A DNA stretch of 64,000 bases. It comes from Bdellovibrionota bacterium FG-2. GTDB lineage: Bacteria > Bdellovibrionota > UBA1018. A program made the position numbers and the translations under genes. The stretch spans positions 1 to 64,000 of the forward strand of contig JBBCAV010000153.1 in the NCBI GenBank assembly GCA_051382305.1. The letters run 5' to 3'. Positions 30,263-39,381 of this stretch are shown here, in pieces (within the stretch, counting starts at the first letter, position 1; each line of letters begins with the position of its first letter). The notes under the pieces are model-generated. The model saw only the letters and a program-made list of their open reading frames with translations, was not told the DNA's origin and searched no databases.

Positions 30263-30723
30263 TGCGATTCACCCTCTTTATAATGTTCCAATTTCCAAAT
30301 CGGCGCACGGATTTTGAGTTGCTCTATCAAATAGCGAGACGCTTCAAAGGCCGCCTCGCGATGCGCACTCCCCACGGCTATCCCCACGCTCGCCTCACCC
30401 ACCGCAAGTTTTCCCACGCGATGTACCAGGACAAGGTCTAAATCTTCATCCCACTTGGCGTGCGCATTCGCCACGCTTTCTTGACAAATTTCCCCAAAAA
30501 TCTTCTCAGATAATCCAAGATGCGCATCATAAGAAACAGCCAGAACTTCACGACCGTCATGAAAGTTACGAACGATGCCTAAGAAAAGCACACTCGCACC
30601 ATGCGCAGGGTTCGAAACAGAAGCCAAAAGGGCTTGCAATCGATTCGCATCGATGGCCTCATCGCTCACTTTTACCGTAATACGCCCCACGCCTCTATCC
30701 TCCACAAACCGGCGGCAACACAC
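30238..30723 (-). CDS. moaE: Molybdopterin synthase catalytic subunit
   Basis: GASVLFLGIVRN, HRVGKL.VGEASV, SAHREAAF, LKIRAPIWKLE; true start probably the GTG near 30693. Confidence 0.92.
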   Translation of the reverse strand: MCCRRFVEDRGVGRITVKVSDEAIDANRLQALLASVSNPAHGASVLFLGIVRNFHDGREVLAVSYDAHLGLSEKIFGEICQESVANAHAKWDEDLDLVLVHRVGKLAVGEASVGIAVGSAHREAAFEASRYLIEQLKIRAPIWKLEHYKEGESQWLKGVRL

Positions 30724-30955
30724 TTAAGGTCATACTCTTTGAGATTCGTGCTTCATCCGAAAGAATATGACTCTCATCCGCAAAAACCGAATCACTCACC
30801 AGCGCGGCCTCCATCGCTTGTGGATCATGAAGCTTGATTTCCTCACTCAAATGCCGACGAAACTCTCCCACGCTACATTCGGAGACAAGGTTGACGTTTA
30901 GTTCTGAGCCCAGCCTCTTAAACGCTCCAAAATATTTTACCTTCACTTCAATCAC
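30695..30955 (-). CDS. moaD: Molybdopterin synthase sulfur carrier subunit
   Basis: VKVKYFG N-terminus; C-terminal LPPVCGG. Confidence 0.92.
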   Translation of the reverse strand: MIEVKVKYFGAFKRLGSELNVNLVSECSVGEFRRHLSEEIKLHDPQAMEAALVSDSVFADESHILSDEARISKSMTLSVLPPVCGG

Positions 30956-32259
30956 AAAAATACTCCTCCGCCACTAAGGGTCGCCTGCAGAGGATAAACC
31001 TCTAGCAACTCGCCTTCTCTCAAAACATCAATAGACTCTGGCAATACCGCCCAGGCGTTAGCCTCCAAAAGCGGACTCACCATGAACGAAGCTTGTCCCT
31101 GCAAAATCTTCACACGCGCCTGCCCATCTTGCGCGCTTACACGAAGCTGCGCCTTATAGAAACACTCCAAACCCGGAGGTTTCTTCACAACGCCCTCAAG
31201 TTTCGCCCAAATAGCTGACTCGTTCTTTAACCCCATTAGATTTCTCAAAAAAGGAACGACAAAAAAACGCAAGCCAACTGCTGTCGAAACGGGGTTCCCG
31301 GGAACGCCAAAAAATGAAACGTTTCCGAGCTTAGCAAAAAGAATTGGTTTTCCGGGTCGAATCTTGACCTTATGAAAAAACACTTCAGCGCCTTTTTTTT
31401 CTAGGACTTGCGCGACAAAATCAAATTTGCCCATCGATACAGCACCTGTTGTTAAAACGACATCTGGTTTTTCCGCCAGTACACGATCTAAGACGCGCTC
31501 AAACTCCCGCGCATCATCTTGAATATTGCCAAAAAATGTAGCTTGAGCCCCAAAGGTTTTTAGAGAGGCTTCAAGATACGGGGCGCTGGAGTTTCGGATA
31601 GTTCCCGGTTTTAGGCCAACTTTAAGTGCCCCGGTATCCAGATCCACAAGCTCGCGGCCCGTAGAGAGAAAAATCACTTTGGGTTTTCTCAGCACTTCAA
31701 GCTTGGCAATCCCTAATGAAGCGAACGCCATGATGCACTCTGGGGTGATGCCCCGCCCCTTTTCGCCTATTTGCTGCTCGCGTTTAAAATCTTCACCTAT
31801 AAAACGAACATTTTCCCCAGGTTTTAGGGCTTTTCGTAAAATCACCTCCTGTGGGTTGCCCTTTGCGTCGCGCACCAATTCAACATCTTCGATCTTAACC
31901 ACACCATCAAATTTCATCGAACCGTGTGACACCGGCATCGGGGCCCCAGTCATAATCTCGAATACGCCCCCCTCGGCCGCAGGATAATCAACGCAAATGG
32001 GGGCATCGCCTGCCGATATGCAACCCAACGCTTTCAACTTCAGAGGCGCTGCCGGAGAGGCAGAAAAAGTAAGCAGTGCGTTGACCGCAAATCCATCCAT
32101 GGCCGAATTGTCAAAAGAAGGGACTGCCTCTGGTGAAAAGAGATCGGTAGCCAAAACACGTCCCAAAGACTGATCAAGACTCACACTCTCCACACCCCAG
32201 GGCCCGAAACTCTGCGCGACTTGCGTTAGGATTCCGCGCGCTTTAGTGTAAGATAGCAC
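30952..32259 (-). CDS. moeA: Molybdopterin molybdotransferase
   Basis: PSFDNSAMDGFAV, IMTGAPMP, STGREL, TGAVSMGKFD, RPGKP, GVPGNPVS. Confidence 0.95.
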   Translation of the reverse strand: MLSYTKARGILTQVAQSFGPWGVESVSLDQSLGRVLATDLFSPEAVPSFDNSAMDGFAVNALLTFSASPAAPLKLKALGCISAGDAPICVDYPAAEGGVFEIMTGAPMPVSHGSMKFDGVVKIEDVELVRDAKGNPQEVILRKALKPGENVRFIGEDFKREQQIGEKGRGITPECIMAFASLGIAKLEVLRKPKVIFLSTGRELVDLDTGALKVGLKPGTIRNSSAPYLEASLKTFGAQATFFGNIQDDAREFERVLDRVLAEKPDVVLTTGAVSMGKFDFVAQVLEKKGAEVFFHKVKIRPGKPILFAKLGNVSFFGVPGNPVSTAVGLRFFVVPFLRNLMGLKNESAIWAKLEGVVKKPPGLECFYKAQLRVSAQDGQARVKILQGQASFMVSPLLEANAWAVLPESIDVLREGELLEVYPLQATLSGGGVFL

Positions 32260-33428
32260 AACCCCTCCTCAAGAACCTCAAACGCAATTGCCACGCACAA
32301 CACCCAAAGCATATTGTTCGTGAGGACTGTGACCCCGGCCGCCACAAGAAGTTTCAGTTTCCCAACAGGCAGCCGCCAAGTTTCAACAGCCAATCCCATA
32401 TGGAAAACTCCCGTCGCCATGAGCAGGGAGGAAAGCAAAAACGGCGCAATCCCAAGTCCTGAGGGCCCAAACCAAAAGCCAAGCAAAGCCACGGCCATCA
32501 CGATGTTTGATAAAGCGCTTCGTGCACCGCCCGAGCCATGGCAAAAAGGGAGTCCCGCGACAGCGGCCGTTAGGAGATTCCCCAATCCAATCGAAACGAG
32601 CAGACTCTTGATGCTCACACGATGGACTGATTCTCCAAAATAGCGATCCACGGCCTGTTTCGTTCCCAGCACAGAATTCGTGAGCGTCAAAGCTTCGGGG
32701 GTAATATCGCGAGGAGAAATTCCGGTGCCGCCTGCAACGACAATAAGATCTGCTTTGTCCGTTTTCGAAAACCTCTCGATAGCAGCCGCCACCAAAGCCA
32801 CCTCATCGGCAACGACTCGCAAGCAGATGTCGCTTGCGCCTTGGGCTTTCAAGATCTCGACCGCTTTGGGGCCTGAAGTGTCCTGTGCGTCTCCGCGCGA
32901 GCAGCGATCGCTGACGATGAGCACGCGCGCACGAACACCATTCAACGCAAGCGCCGCTTGAGGCTCCGCAGCAGCAGGGGCATGATTGGGATTAACCCAC
33001 ACACCTGATTTGCCCCCCTCTTTTACGCTCAGGTGAATGCCCGAGATCGTCAGTACCGGATCAATCCCCTTCGTCAAATCATAGACGCACAAAAGCGCCG
33101 CACTCACGCCGGCTAAGGCTTCCATCTCCACACCCGTTTTTGCAAAAGCGTGGGCTTCGCAACTGACAACGACTTCAGAGCCTTGGACTTCACACTTCAC
33201 ATAGACCGCATCTAACGGCAAAGGATGGCAAAGTGGCAGCGTTTCAGAAACTCGCTTAGCACCCATGATGCCTGTCATTTCGGCAAGCGCCAGCACGTCA
33301 CCTTTAGGCATATCCCGAGCCGCAATTCGCTGAGCCGTCTGGATCGCCATTTCGATTTTGCCGAAGGCCACCGCGCGACGATGAGTCGAAGTCTTCTCTC
33401 CTACGTTGATCATTTTAAAAGTACTCAT
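32226..33428 (-). CDS. moaC: MoaC-MoaB/MogA fusion whose C-terminus is joined in frame to a molybdate transporter (MOT1-like) fragment
   Basis: MoaC motifs KGDVL, LPLCHPL, TGVEMEAL, YDLTK; MoaB motifs VSDR...DTSGP and GGTGISPRDITPEA; then an abrupt switch to SIGLGNLL..LPFCHGSGG and TM segments. Confidence 0.8.
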   Translation of the reverse strand: MSTFKMINVGEKTSTHRRAVAFGKIEMAIQTAQRIAARDMPKGDVLALAEMTGIMGAKRVSETLPLCHPLPLDAVYVKCEVQGSEVVVSCEAHAFAKTGVEMEALAGVSAALLCVYDLTKGIDPVLTISGIHLSVKEGGKSGVWVNPNHAPAAAEPQAALALNGVRARVLIVSDRCSRGDAQDTSGPKAVEILKAQGASDICLRVVADEVALVAAAIERFSKTDKADLIVVAGGTGISPRDITPEALTLTNSVLGTKQAVDRYFGESVHRVSIKSLLVSIGLGNLLTAAVAGLPFCHGSGGARSALSNIVMAVALLGFWFGPSGLGIAPFLLSSLLMATGVFHMGLAVETWRLPVGKLKLLVAAGVTVLTNNMLWVLCVAIAFEVLEEGLCYLTLKRAES

Positions 33429-33431
33429 GAG

Positions 33432-34454
33432 CTAGCCCCCTATTTGCGAAAGATTTTCGATATTTCCCAGGCGCCCCTGACGTAACCCATGAGCTTCGGG
33501 TTTTAACTTCAACACTGTGCGCACGCGATCCAGCAACTCGCTTTGTTGATCAGGGCTTTGCAATAAATCGCGCAAGCTCGCCGTTTGATTTCCATCCCCA
33601 AAAAGACAAAGCCGCAAAGCGCCTTTAGCGCTCACCCTGAGTCGATTGCAACCGTCACACAAACCTTCTTGATAAGGAGAAATCAATCCCACACTTCCCG
33701 CATAATTCGGATGCCCATACTCAAGCGCTGGGCCATCCGTAGATGATTTGGATTTTGGACTAAAACCGAGGCCAACAAACTTTGACCTCAAAGCATCTAA
33801 AGACAAATGAGCCTGCTCAAAAACCCCTGCTGCGCTGCGAGTTTGCATGAGTTCTATAAAGCGAATACTAAGCTTTTCAGTTCTCGCCCAATGAAGGTAG
33901 GCATCAATATCTTGATCGTTTAGCCCCTTCATCAACACGACATTGATCTTAATCGATTCAAACCCAGCGTCCTGAGCCGCTCGAACGCCCGCCAAGACTC
34001 CATCTCGACGATCCATCCCCGTGATAGAGCGGAACCCCTCGCGAGTAAGACTATCAACACTTACATTGATTTGATCCACGCCCGCTTCTTTGAGCGAACT
34101 AGCCAAAGCCTTCAATCGGTAACCATTCGTCGTAAGCGCAAGGGTATGGATTCCTGACACCTGTTTAGCAACGCGCGCGATCTCCAGAATATCGGCACGA
34201 ACCGTAGGCTCACCTCCTGTCAAGCGGACCTTCGTCACGCCTAAAGTGGTAAAAGCAGAAAGGAGATTTTGAATTTCAATGGGGGTCAAAAAAGGGTTCA
34301 AAGAATCGGGGGCAATACTCCCGCACTTCTCGGCAACGTAACCCTTGGGCAGGCAATAGACGCAACGAAAGTTACACACATCCGTGATCGAAAGCCTGAG
34401 GTAATTAAATGTGCGCCCAAAGGGATCGGCCAAGCCGATCCCGGAATTATTCAC
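33432..34454 (-). CDS. moaA: GTP 3',8-cyclase (radical SAM)
   Basis: YLRLSITDVCNFRCVYC, LTGGEP, C-terminal CDGCNRLR...LC and terminal GG. Confidence 0.95.
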   Translation of the reverse strand: MNNSGIGLADPFGRTFNYLRLSITDVCNFRCVYCLPKGYVAEKCGSIAPDSLNPFLTPIEIQNLLSAFTTLGVTKVRLTGGEPTVRADILEIARVAKQVSGIHTLALTTNGYRLKALASSLKEAGVDQINVSVDSLTREGFRSITGMDRRDGVLAGVRAAQDAGFESIKINVVLMKGLNDQDIDAYLHWARTEKLSIRFIELMQTRSAAGVFEQAHLSLDALRSKFVGLGFSPKSKSSTDGPALEYGHPNYAGSVGLISPYQEGLCDGCNRLRVSAKGALRLCLFGDGNQTASLRDLLQSPDQQSELLDRVRTVLKLKPEAHGLRQGRLGNIENLSQIGG

Positions 34455-34461
34455 TGTAATT

Positions 34462-34610
34462 AGCCCCTTTCCAAACGCGGAAGGTCAATACTTACGCGGA
34501 AGTTTTGTCCGTACGCTACTCCACAATTTAAAGACTTGCAATTGGCCCAAAAACCTCTATAAAGGCCCTCGCACCTTTTCAGCCCCAAGGGTGTCCCTTT
34601 TAGAGTTGAC
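34462..34610 (-). ncRNA. Moco RNA motif (putative molybdenum-cofactor riboswitch) leader
   Basis: Directly 5' of moaA; the 3' element CCUUCCGCGUUUGGAAAGGGG resembles the Moco motif terminal hairpin that overlaps the RBS; 5' AACUCU. Confidence 0.7.
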
Positions 34611-34710
34611 GCAACAAGTTGCTCCTGATAGACGCTACGCATCTAGCGGGATTCGTTTGGGACGTTGAACCTACAAAGTAACTTTACTAAGAAGTCTTAG
34701 GAGGACTTAT

Positions 34711-35808
34711 ATGCAGATTATTTCAAATCGTTTAGCACTCGTTCTATCATTGGGTCTGCTGTTGGGAACAACTTCGCAGGCCCTAGCTGCGGCCCCTGAA
34801 GATGTCGCAATCGATCCCATTACCGGGGACACCTTTGTAATCGAAAAAAGCCAGAATCCCCATGGTACTCTCTTGATCCTAAACGATCACGACGAAAATT
34901 TTAAACAAACCCTAGACCTGCTTGATACCCCTTCAGATAACGCCAAGTTTGAAGTGAAGCTCAACGAATCAGGCAACTTAACCTACCTCGTCTCCGTAGA
35001 CGGTTTGTGGATGATGGGAAGCGTAAAGAAGACCGACAAAGGTTGGGCTAAGACTTCTCTTCGCAAAGCGATCAGTGGCCAAGGCGAAGCCCAAGGCTTA
35101 GCCGCTCTTCCAGATGGCCGCGTCGGGGTCACCGTGAGTTCTAACGAAGCGCCCGATGGCGAAATTCTCTTGGTAAACACCCCTGTTCAAACAGGCTCAA
35201 ATTACCAGGTCATTGAAAAAATTCCTGCCGCTGTCATCGAAAACAGTGTCAATCAAGTCGTGGCTGAAATGGCCGCAAAACCAGAATCCGAAAACACAGG
35301 ATCCGGCCACGGATTGGGATTTGCGGCTGGCGTTGAAGCCGGAGTCGGAATTGCTTATCGTCGCCATTTTGAAAACAAATGGGGCATGCAACTCGCCGGG
35401 ATCGCCTTTGGTAGCAGCTCCTCCGTGAACGCAAACTTTGGCGCCACGATTCTACGCACGCTGGCCAAGACCCAGATCGTTCGGTTTTACGCCCTTGCCG
35501 GGGTCAGCGCTTTTTATAGCGGCAATAACAACCAAACCTACGCGCCTTGCCCTATAAGCTATGATCCCTACGGCAATCCCATCAAGGATCCTAATTCAAC
35601 CTGCGGAAACGAACCTGCGACGAGCACCTGGAACAATAACTGGATGTTAAACTTCGGCATGGGTATAGGGATTGAATTCACGATCGCTAAGACCATCGGC
35701 CTAGCCATCGAACTTCCTGTCACCGTGTCGTTCCAAACGGAGCAAGGTAACCTCAAGTTCAATTATGTTTACCCGATTCCAAGCGCCGCACTCATTTACT
35801 ATTTCTAA
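34711..35808 (+). CDS. Secreted protein with C-terminal outer-membrane beta-barrel-like domain
   Basis: AGGAGG RBS; signal peptide; alternating Gly/aromatic strands; terminal YYF. Confidence 0.65.
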   Translation: MQIISNRLALVLSLGLLLGTTSQALAAAPEDVAIDPITGDTFVIEKSQNPHGTLLILNDHDENFKQTLDLLDTPSDNAKFEVKLNESGNLTYLVSVDGLWMMGSVKKTDKGWAKTSLRKAISGQGEAQGLAALPDGRVGVTVSSNEAPDGEILLVNTPVQTGSNYQVIEKIPAAVIENSVNQVVAEMAAKPESENTGSGHGLGFAAGVEAGVGIAYRRHFENKWGMQLAGIAFGSSSSVNANFGATILRTLAKTQIVRFYALAGVSAFYSGNNNQTYAPCPISYDPYGNPIKDPNSTCGNEPATSTWNNNWMLNFGMGIGIEFTIAKTIGLAIELPVTVSFQTEQGNLKFNYVYPIPSAALIYYF

Positions 35809-36931
35809 GACTGTAGTAGTGGGGATGTCCGGCGGAGTTGATTCCGCCGTGGCATCCCTTCTGCTTAAACAGCAGGGCTACAACGTCATTGGGCTGTTCA
35901 TCAAAAGTTGGAATGAGAAAGATCCTGATGGCAGTTGCACCTCTGCGCGTGACTTCAGCGACCTCGAGCGAATTTGCGCAAAACTTCAAATCCCCTACAC
36001 TTCCGTCGATCTCGTCAAAGACTACTGGGATCGTGTTTTTTCAAACTTCTTAGCCGAAATCAAAGCAGGCTTTACACCCAACCCCGACATCTTGTGTAAT
36101 CGCGAAATCAAATTCGATGTATTCTTGGAAAAAGCGCGCGAACTCGGCGCAGACTTCTTCGCCACCGGTCATTATTGCAGACTCGAGCACGACACTCACG
36201 GCAGCCCCACCCTCCTCAAAGGTTTGGATACAAACAAGGACCAAAGCTATTTTCTTCACGCCGTAAAAGGCGAAGCGCTAAGAAACGTCCTCTTCCCACT
36301 GGGCGCGATGACCAAACCCGAAATCCGTAAAATCGCAGAAGCCGCCGGAATCTCAGTGTTTGCCAAAAAAGGGAGCACCGGCATTTGCTTTATTGGCGAG
36401 CGCCGGTTTCGCCCTTTTTTGAAGCAATACCTTTCGGCAAATGAAGGTGAAATTCGCACCTTAGATGAAAAGCGCGTAGGCACTCACATGGGGAGTGCCT
36501 ACTTCACGCTGGGCCAACGTAAAGGTCTGGGCTTAGGCGGCGAAGGCGAGCCATGGTTTATCGTTAAAAAAGACACTGTGAGAAACATCCTTTATGTAGC
36601 TCGCGGCGACGATCATCCCGCGCTTTATGCGAAGACCCTTTTTGCGGAGAATCCGACATGGATTTCTGGTGTGGCACCCGGCGAGAATCCCAAAGCCCCC
36701 TATCGCTGCTGGGCCAAAATCCGGTATCGGCAAGCGGATCAGGCGTGCACGATCACGGCTCACGGATCTGAGGGCGGCTTGCGAGTGGATTTTGATGAAC
36801 CCCAGCGCGCGATTGCTCCCGGCCAGTTTGCCGTCTTTTACCAAGGCGATGTGTGCTTAGGTGGTGCAGTTATTCGTGGAGTGGGGGATCCTGAGCCTTT
36901 GCCTGAGCCTTTGCCTGAGCTTTTGCCTTAG
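35765..36931 (+). CDS. mnmA: tRNA-specific 2-thiouridylase
   Basis: GMSGGVDS, TPNPDILCNREIKF, ATGHY, KDQSYFL, GICFIG, TLGQRKGLG, APGQ. Confidence 0.96.
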   Translation: MFTRFQAPHSFTISKTVVVGMSGGVDSAVASLLLKQQGYNVIGLFIKSWNEKDPDGSCTSARDFSDLERICAKLQIPYTSVDLVKDYWDRVFSNFLAEIKAGFTPNPDILCNREIKFDVFLEKARELGADFFATGHYCRLEHDTHGSPTLLKGLDTNKDQSYFLHAVKGEALRNVLFPLGAMTKPEIRKIAEAAGISVFAKKGSTGICFIGERRFRPFLKQYLSANEGEIRTLDEKRVGTHMGSAYFTLGQRKGLGLGGEGEPWFIVKKDTVRNILYVARGDDHPALYAKTLFAENPTWISGVAPGENPKAPYRCWAKIRYRQADQACTITAHGSEGGLRVDFDEPQRAIAPGQFAVFYQGDVCLGGAVIRGVGDPEPLPEPLPELLP

Positions 36932-37433
36932 ATTCCGCCCGGACACTCGCCGCAATTGTCCTTCTTGATTGCTTTTGTTGATCCGCCAAAAGAAAGCTCT
37001 GATAAAAAGTATTTCCCTCATTAATTCTTTCAACTTTTCTAGACTGCTCTATGGCCACGCTCCGATCTTTTTCTAAACCAACAAACAGTTTTTGCGCGGC
37101 AATTTGGGGCCTAAAATCCTCAGTGAAGGGACGCTCCATCTCGGCGACTAGAATCTGTTTTGCGGCGTTCTCAGACGCTGCATTCTTTGCCCTGACCGCA
37201 ATGCGATGGGCTAAGCGCACGCATTCCAATCGATAGCTAGCGGGCATCGATGTCTCGCGTTTCAATACGGCACTCAGCGCACCGAGATAACTGATCGGAT
37301 TCTCGCTAATTGCTTTGAATTCATCGCTGCGTAAAGCCAATGACATCATCGTCCGCCGCTGGCGAATCTTCAGCGAAGCCCCCACCCTCCGTCCACGTTT
37401 CTTGCCCACAGAGGGATCGCTATCGGGAGACAA
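36870..37433 (-). CDS. Hypothetical helical protein
   Basis: 187-codon ORF filling the gap between mnmA and the TA-like pair; start uncertain. Confidence 0.45.
   Translation of the reverse strand: MSPDSDPSVGKKRGRRVGASLKIRQRRTMMSLALRSDEFKAISENPISYLGALSAVLKRETSMPASYRLECVRLAHRIAVRAKNAASENAAKQILVAEMERPFTEDFRPQIAAQKLFVGLEKDRSVAIEQSRKVERINEGNTFYQSFLLADQQKQSRRTIAASVRAESKAKAQAKAQAKAQDPPLHE
36890..36925. repeat. 12-bp tandem repeat (CCTGAGCCTTTG)x3 in the overlap of two convergent ORFs
   Basis: Two exact units and one with a single mismatch; reads PEPL on + and AKAQ on -. Confidence 0.85.
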
Positions 37434-37500
37434 GAGTTTGCCGCGATCGCGTCACAACAGTCTGAACGTCGACATCTAGTTAGAAAGTCTTAATCGGAAC

Positions 37501-38043
37501 TCACCTGGACTTCAGTGCTTCTTGCATTTGGTCATAGCGTAACAATTTTTCCCGATCAGCCGACGCATCCCTTAATTTTCCGATCAAGCGAACCAGTGTT
37601 TTTCCTTCCGAAGATGATAGTTCGGCTGATTTTAACTTGAGCATTTCAAGACAGTCTCGAAAATCAGATTCCGATAACCGAGACAATTTCAACTGAAGGA
37701 AAAGCATCACGCTCGGACGATAAATCTTTGCCTGTCCCTGCTGAATTAGAACGAGATGATTCTTGAAATCCGGAATTTTTTGCAGAAAAAAGGCAGCGGC
37801 CCCATTCACGGTTTCAATGGGTAACCCTAACTCCTCGCAAATCGTCATGATCTTTAAACTCTGATCATTCGTCATGGCCTCGACTGGAACAAAATCGATA
37901 TCAGTCGTCGTGCGATAGGAGTGCCCAAGATACGGCAAGACCGTTCCTCCTAAGAGCACCCACTCCCCGCTTAGCCGCCCAGAAGCCAGCTTCAAGAATC
38001 GCTTTAGCAGTTTCTCATCAAGACTCTTCACCACAGGGGTCAC
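37501..38043 (-). CDS. DUF6036/AbiEii-like nucleotidyltransferase (putative toxin)
   Basis: WVLLGG...YRTTTDIDFV (GG plus DxD NTase motif); KLSRLSESDFRD (K..R...D..D); GTGA overlap with the upstream gene. Confidence 0.75.
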   Translation of the reverse strand: MTPVVKSLDEKLLKRFLKLASGRLSGEWVLLGGTVLPYLGHSYRTTTDIDFVPVEAMTNDQSLKIMTICEELGLPIETVNGAAAFFLQKIPDFKNHLVLIQQGQAKIYRPSVMLFLQLKLSRLSESDFRDCLEMLKLKSAELSSSEGKTLVRLIGKLRDASADREKLLRYDQMQEALKSR

Positions 38044-38564
38044 AAGTACTCCGAAATCTTCGCCAAGGCCAAGCGCCGCAATTTAACCACGCGCCCCGAT
38101 CGTACCCGTGCCATAAACTCGGCCTGCTGGTTTCGTCCGAAATGGGCTCGGAAAAAGGAAGGATAATGCGTCGAAAGCGCCAAAATCAACGCCGCAACTG
38201 CTTCGGTTTTTCGCGCCTCACATCCACCAGCGCTCGCTTCAATAATCGCGGTGCGGAGCTCTCGAACCAAGTCTTCTTTATTACCTTGATTGCCCCTATG
38301 CCTTGGCCCCAGAGCGCTCGACTGCGCTCGCATCAGAGGCAAACCCAATTCGATGAGTCGGTCCCAATCACAAGTTTTTAGCTGAAGCTCTACCGAAAAG
38401 CCTAAGACTCGGCCCAACTTCTCGAGGGTATCTATCGAAGGATTTGAAGTCCCAGCCTCCAACTGTTGAAGCGTCGGGAGCGCAATCTGGGCCTGAGCCG
38501 CAAGCTCAACCTGGGTAAGGCCAAGGCATAAGCGTTGAGATCTAACATTTTCCAGAACAGACAT
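38040..38564 (-). CDS. XRE-family HTH regulator (putative antitoxin)
   Basis: LGLTQVELAAQAQIALPTLQQLEAGTSNPSIDTLEKL. Confidence 0.85.
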   Translation of the reverse strand: MSVLENVRSQRLCLGLTQVELAAQAQIALPTLQQLEAGTSNPSIDTLEKLGRVLGFSVELQLKTCDWDRLIELGLPLMRAQSSALGPRHRGNQGNKEDLVRELRTAIIEASAGGCEARKTEAVAALILALSTHYPSFFRAHFGRNQQAEFMARVRSGRVVKLRRLALAKISEYL

Positions 38565-38570
38565 ACATCT

Positions 38571-38599
38571 ATTAAACCATGTATGCTAAACTATGTCAA
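38571..38599 (-). promoter_or_regulatory. sigma70 promoter (leaderless) with embedded direct repeats
   Basis: TTGACA-N17-TTTAAT-N6-ATG; ACATAGTTTA/ACATGGTTTA repeats at 38587-38596 and 38573-38582. Confidence 0.75.
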
Positions 38600-38606
38600 C
38601 TTCGCC

Positions 38607-39200
38607 CTATGCCGCCTTCACTTGGTTACGACCCGAAGCCTTTGCCACATACAGAGCCTTATCCGCCTCGGTTAGAAGCTTCTCGGACTCGTACCCCAAG
38701 CGCTCCGTAGAGGCGACACCCACACTGATAGAGCACCCGCCAAAGCGCTCTACTTGCCTTCGGACCCGTTCAGCAAGGGTTAAGAGATCCTGCTGCGAGC
38801 CTTCGGCGGCAATCACGAACTCCTCACCCCCAAAGCGACCTACCACGCAACCTGCAGACTCAAAATTCTTTAGAAGCCCTGCCACTCGTTTAAGCACCAC
38901 ATCTCCTTCGACATGCCCTAGCGTGTCGTTGATCTTTTTAAAATGATCAATATCCACGATGATCATTCCGCAGTTTTCAGTTTCCTTCTCACACGTATCC
39001 AAAATCGTTTTCCATTTAGCGAAGAAGGCCTTTCTTCTGAGGAGTCCCGTTAGCTCATCGACGTTACACACGCCTTCTAAGTTTTGAATAACCGAAAGCA
39101 CCCGAGAGTAGGATGCCTCTAACTCGGTGACTTCACCATGGAGGTTAGAGAGGAGTTGGCGAATCTCGAAGAGGCTTGTTTCTAGGTGCTTTCGGTCCAT
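38607..39200 (-). CDS. GGDEF diguanylate cyclase with N-terminal coiled coil
   Basis: DELTGL, DIDHFKKINDTLGH, RFGGEEF, ADKALYVAKASGRN; AAGGAG RBS. Confidence 0.93.
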   Translation of the reverse strand: MDRKHLETSLFEIRQLLSNLHGEVTELEASYSRVLSVIQNLEGVCNVDELTGLLRRKAFFAKWKTILDTCEKETENCGMIIVDIDHFKKINDTLGHVEGDVVLKRVAGLLKNFESAGCVVGRFGGEEFVIAAEGSQQDLLTLAERVRRQVERFGGCSISVGVASTERLGYESEKLLTEADKALYVAKASGRNQVKAA

Positions 39201-39229
39201 ATTGTGTTTTCTCCTTGCACACTAAGTAG

Positions 39230-39245
39230 AGCACGCGCAGTGCCA
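39230..39245 (-). promoter_or_regulatory. sigma54 (-24/-12) promoter of the GGDEF gene
   Basis: TGGCACTGCGCGTGCT with exact GG-N10-GC spacing, about 30 bp before the ATG. Confidence 0.7.
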
Positions 39246-39381
39246 TTAAATTTAGCTGCAAAAACGCGAGGTTACTTAGCGTTCGGTCCAAGTTACCCTG
39301 TGGTACCAAAAGACACACTGATGCGCGCGCGACCTCTTTTTCTACTGGACAACGCTGTGCAGCCACCATATGTTGCACCGC

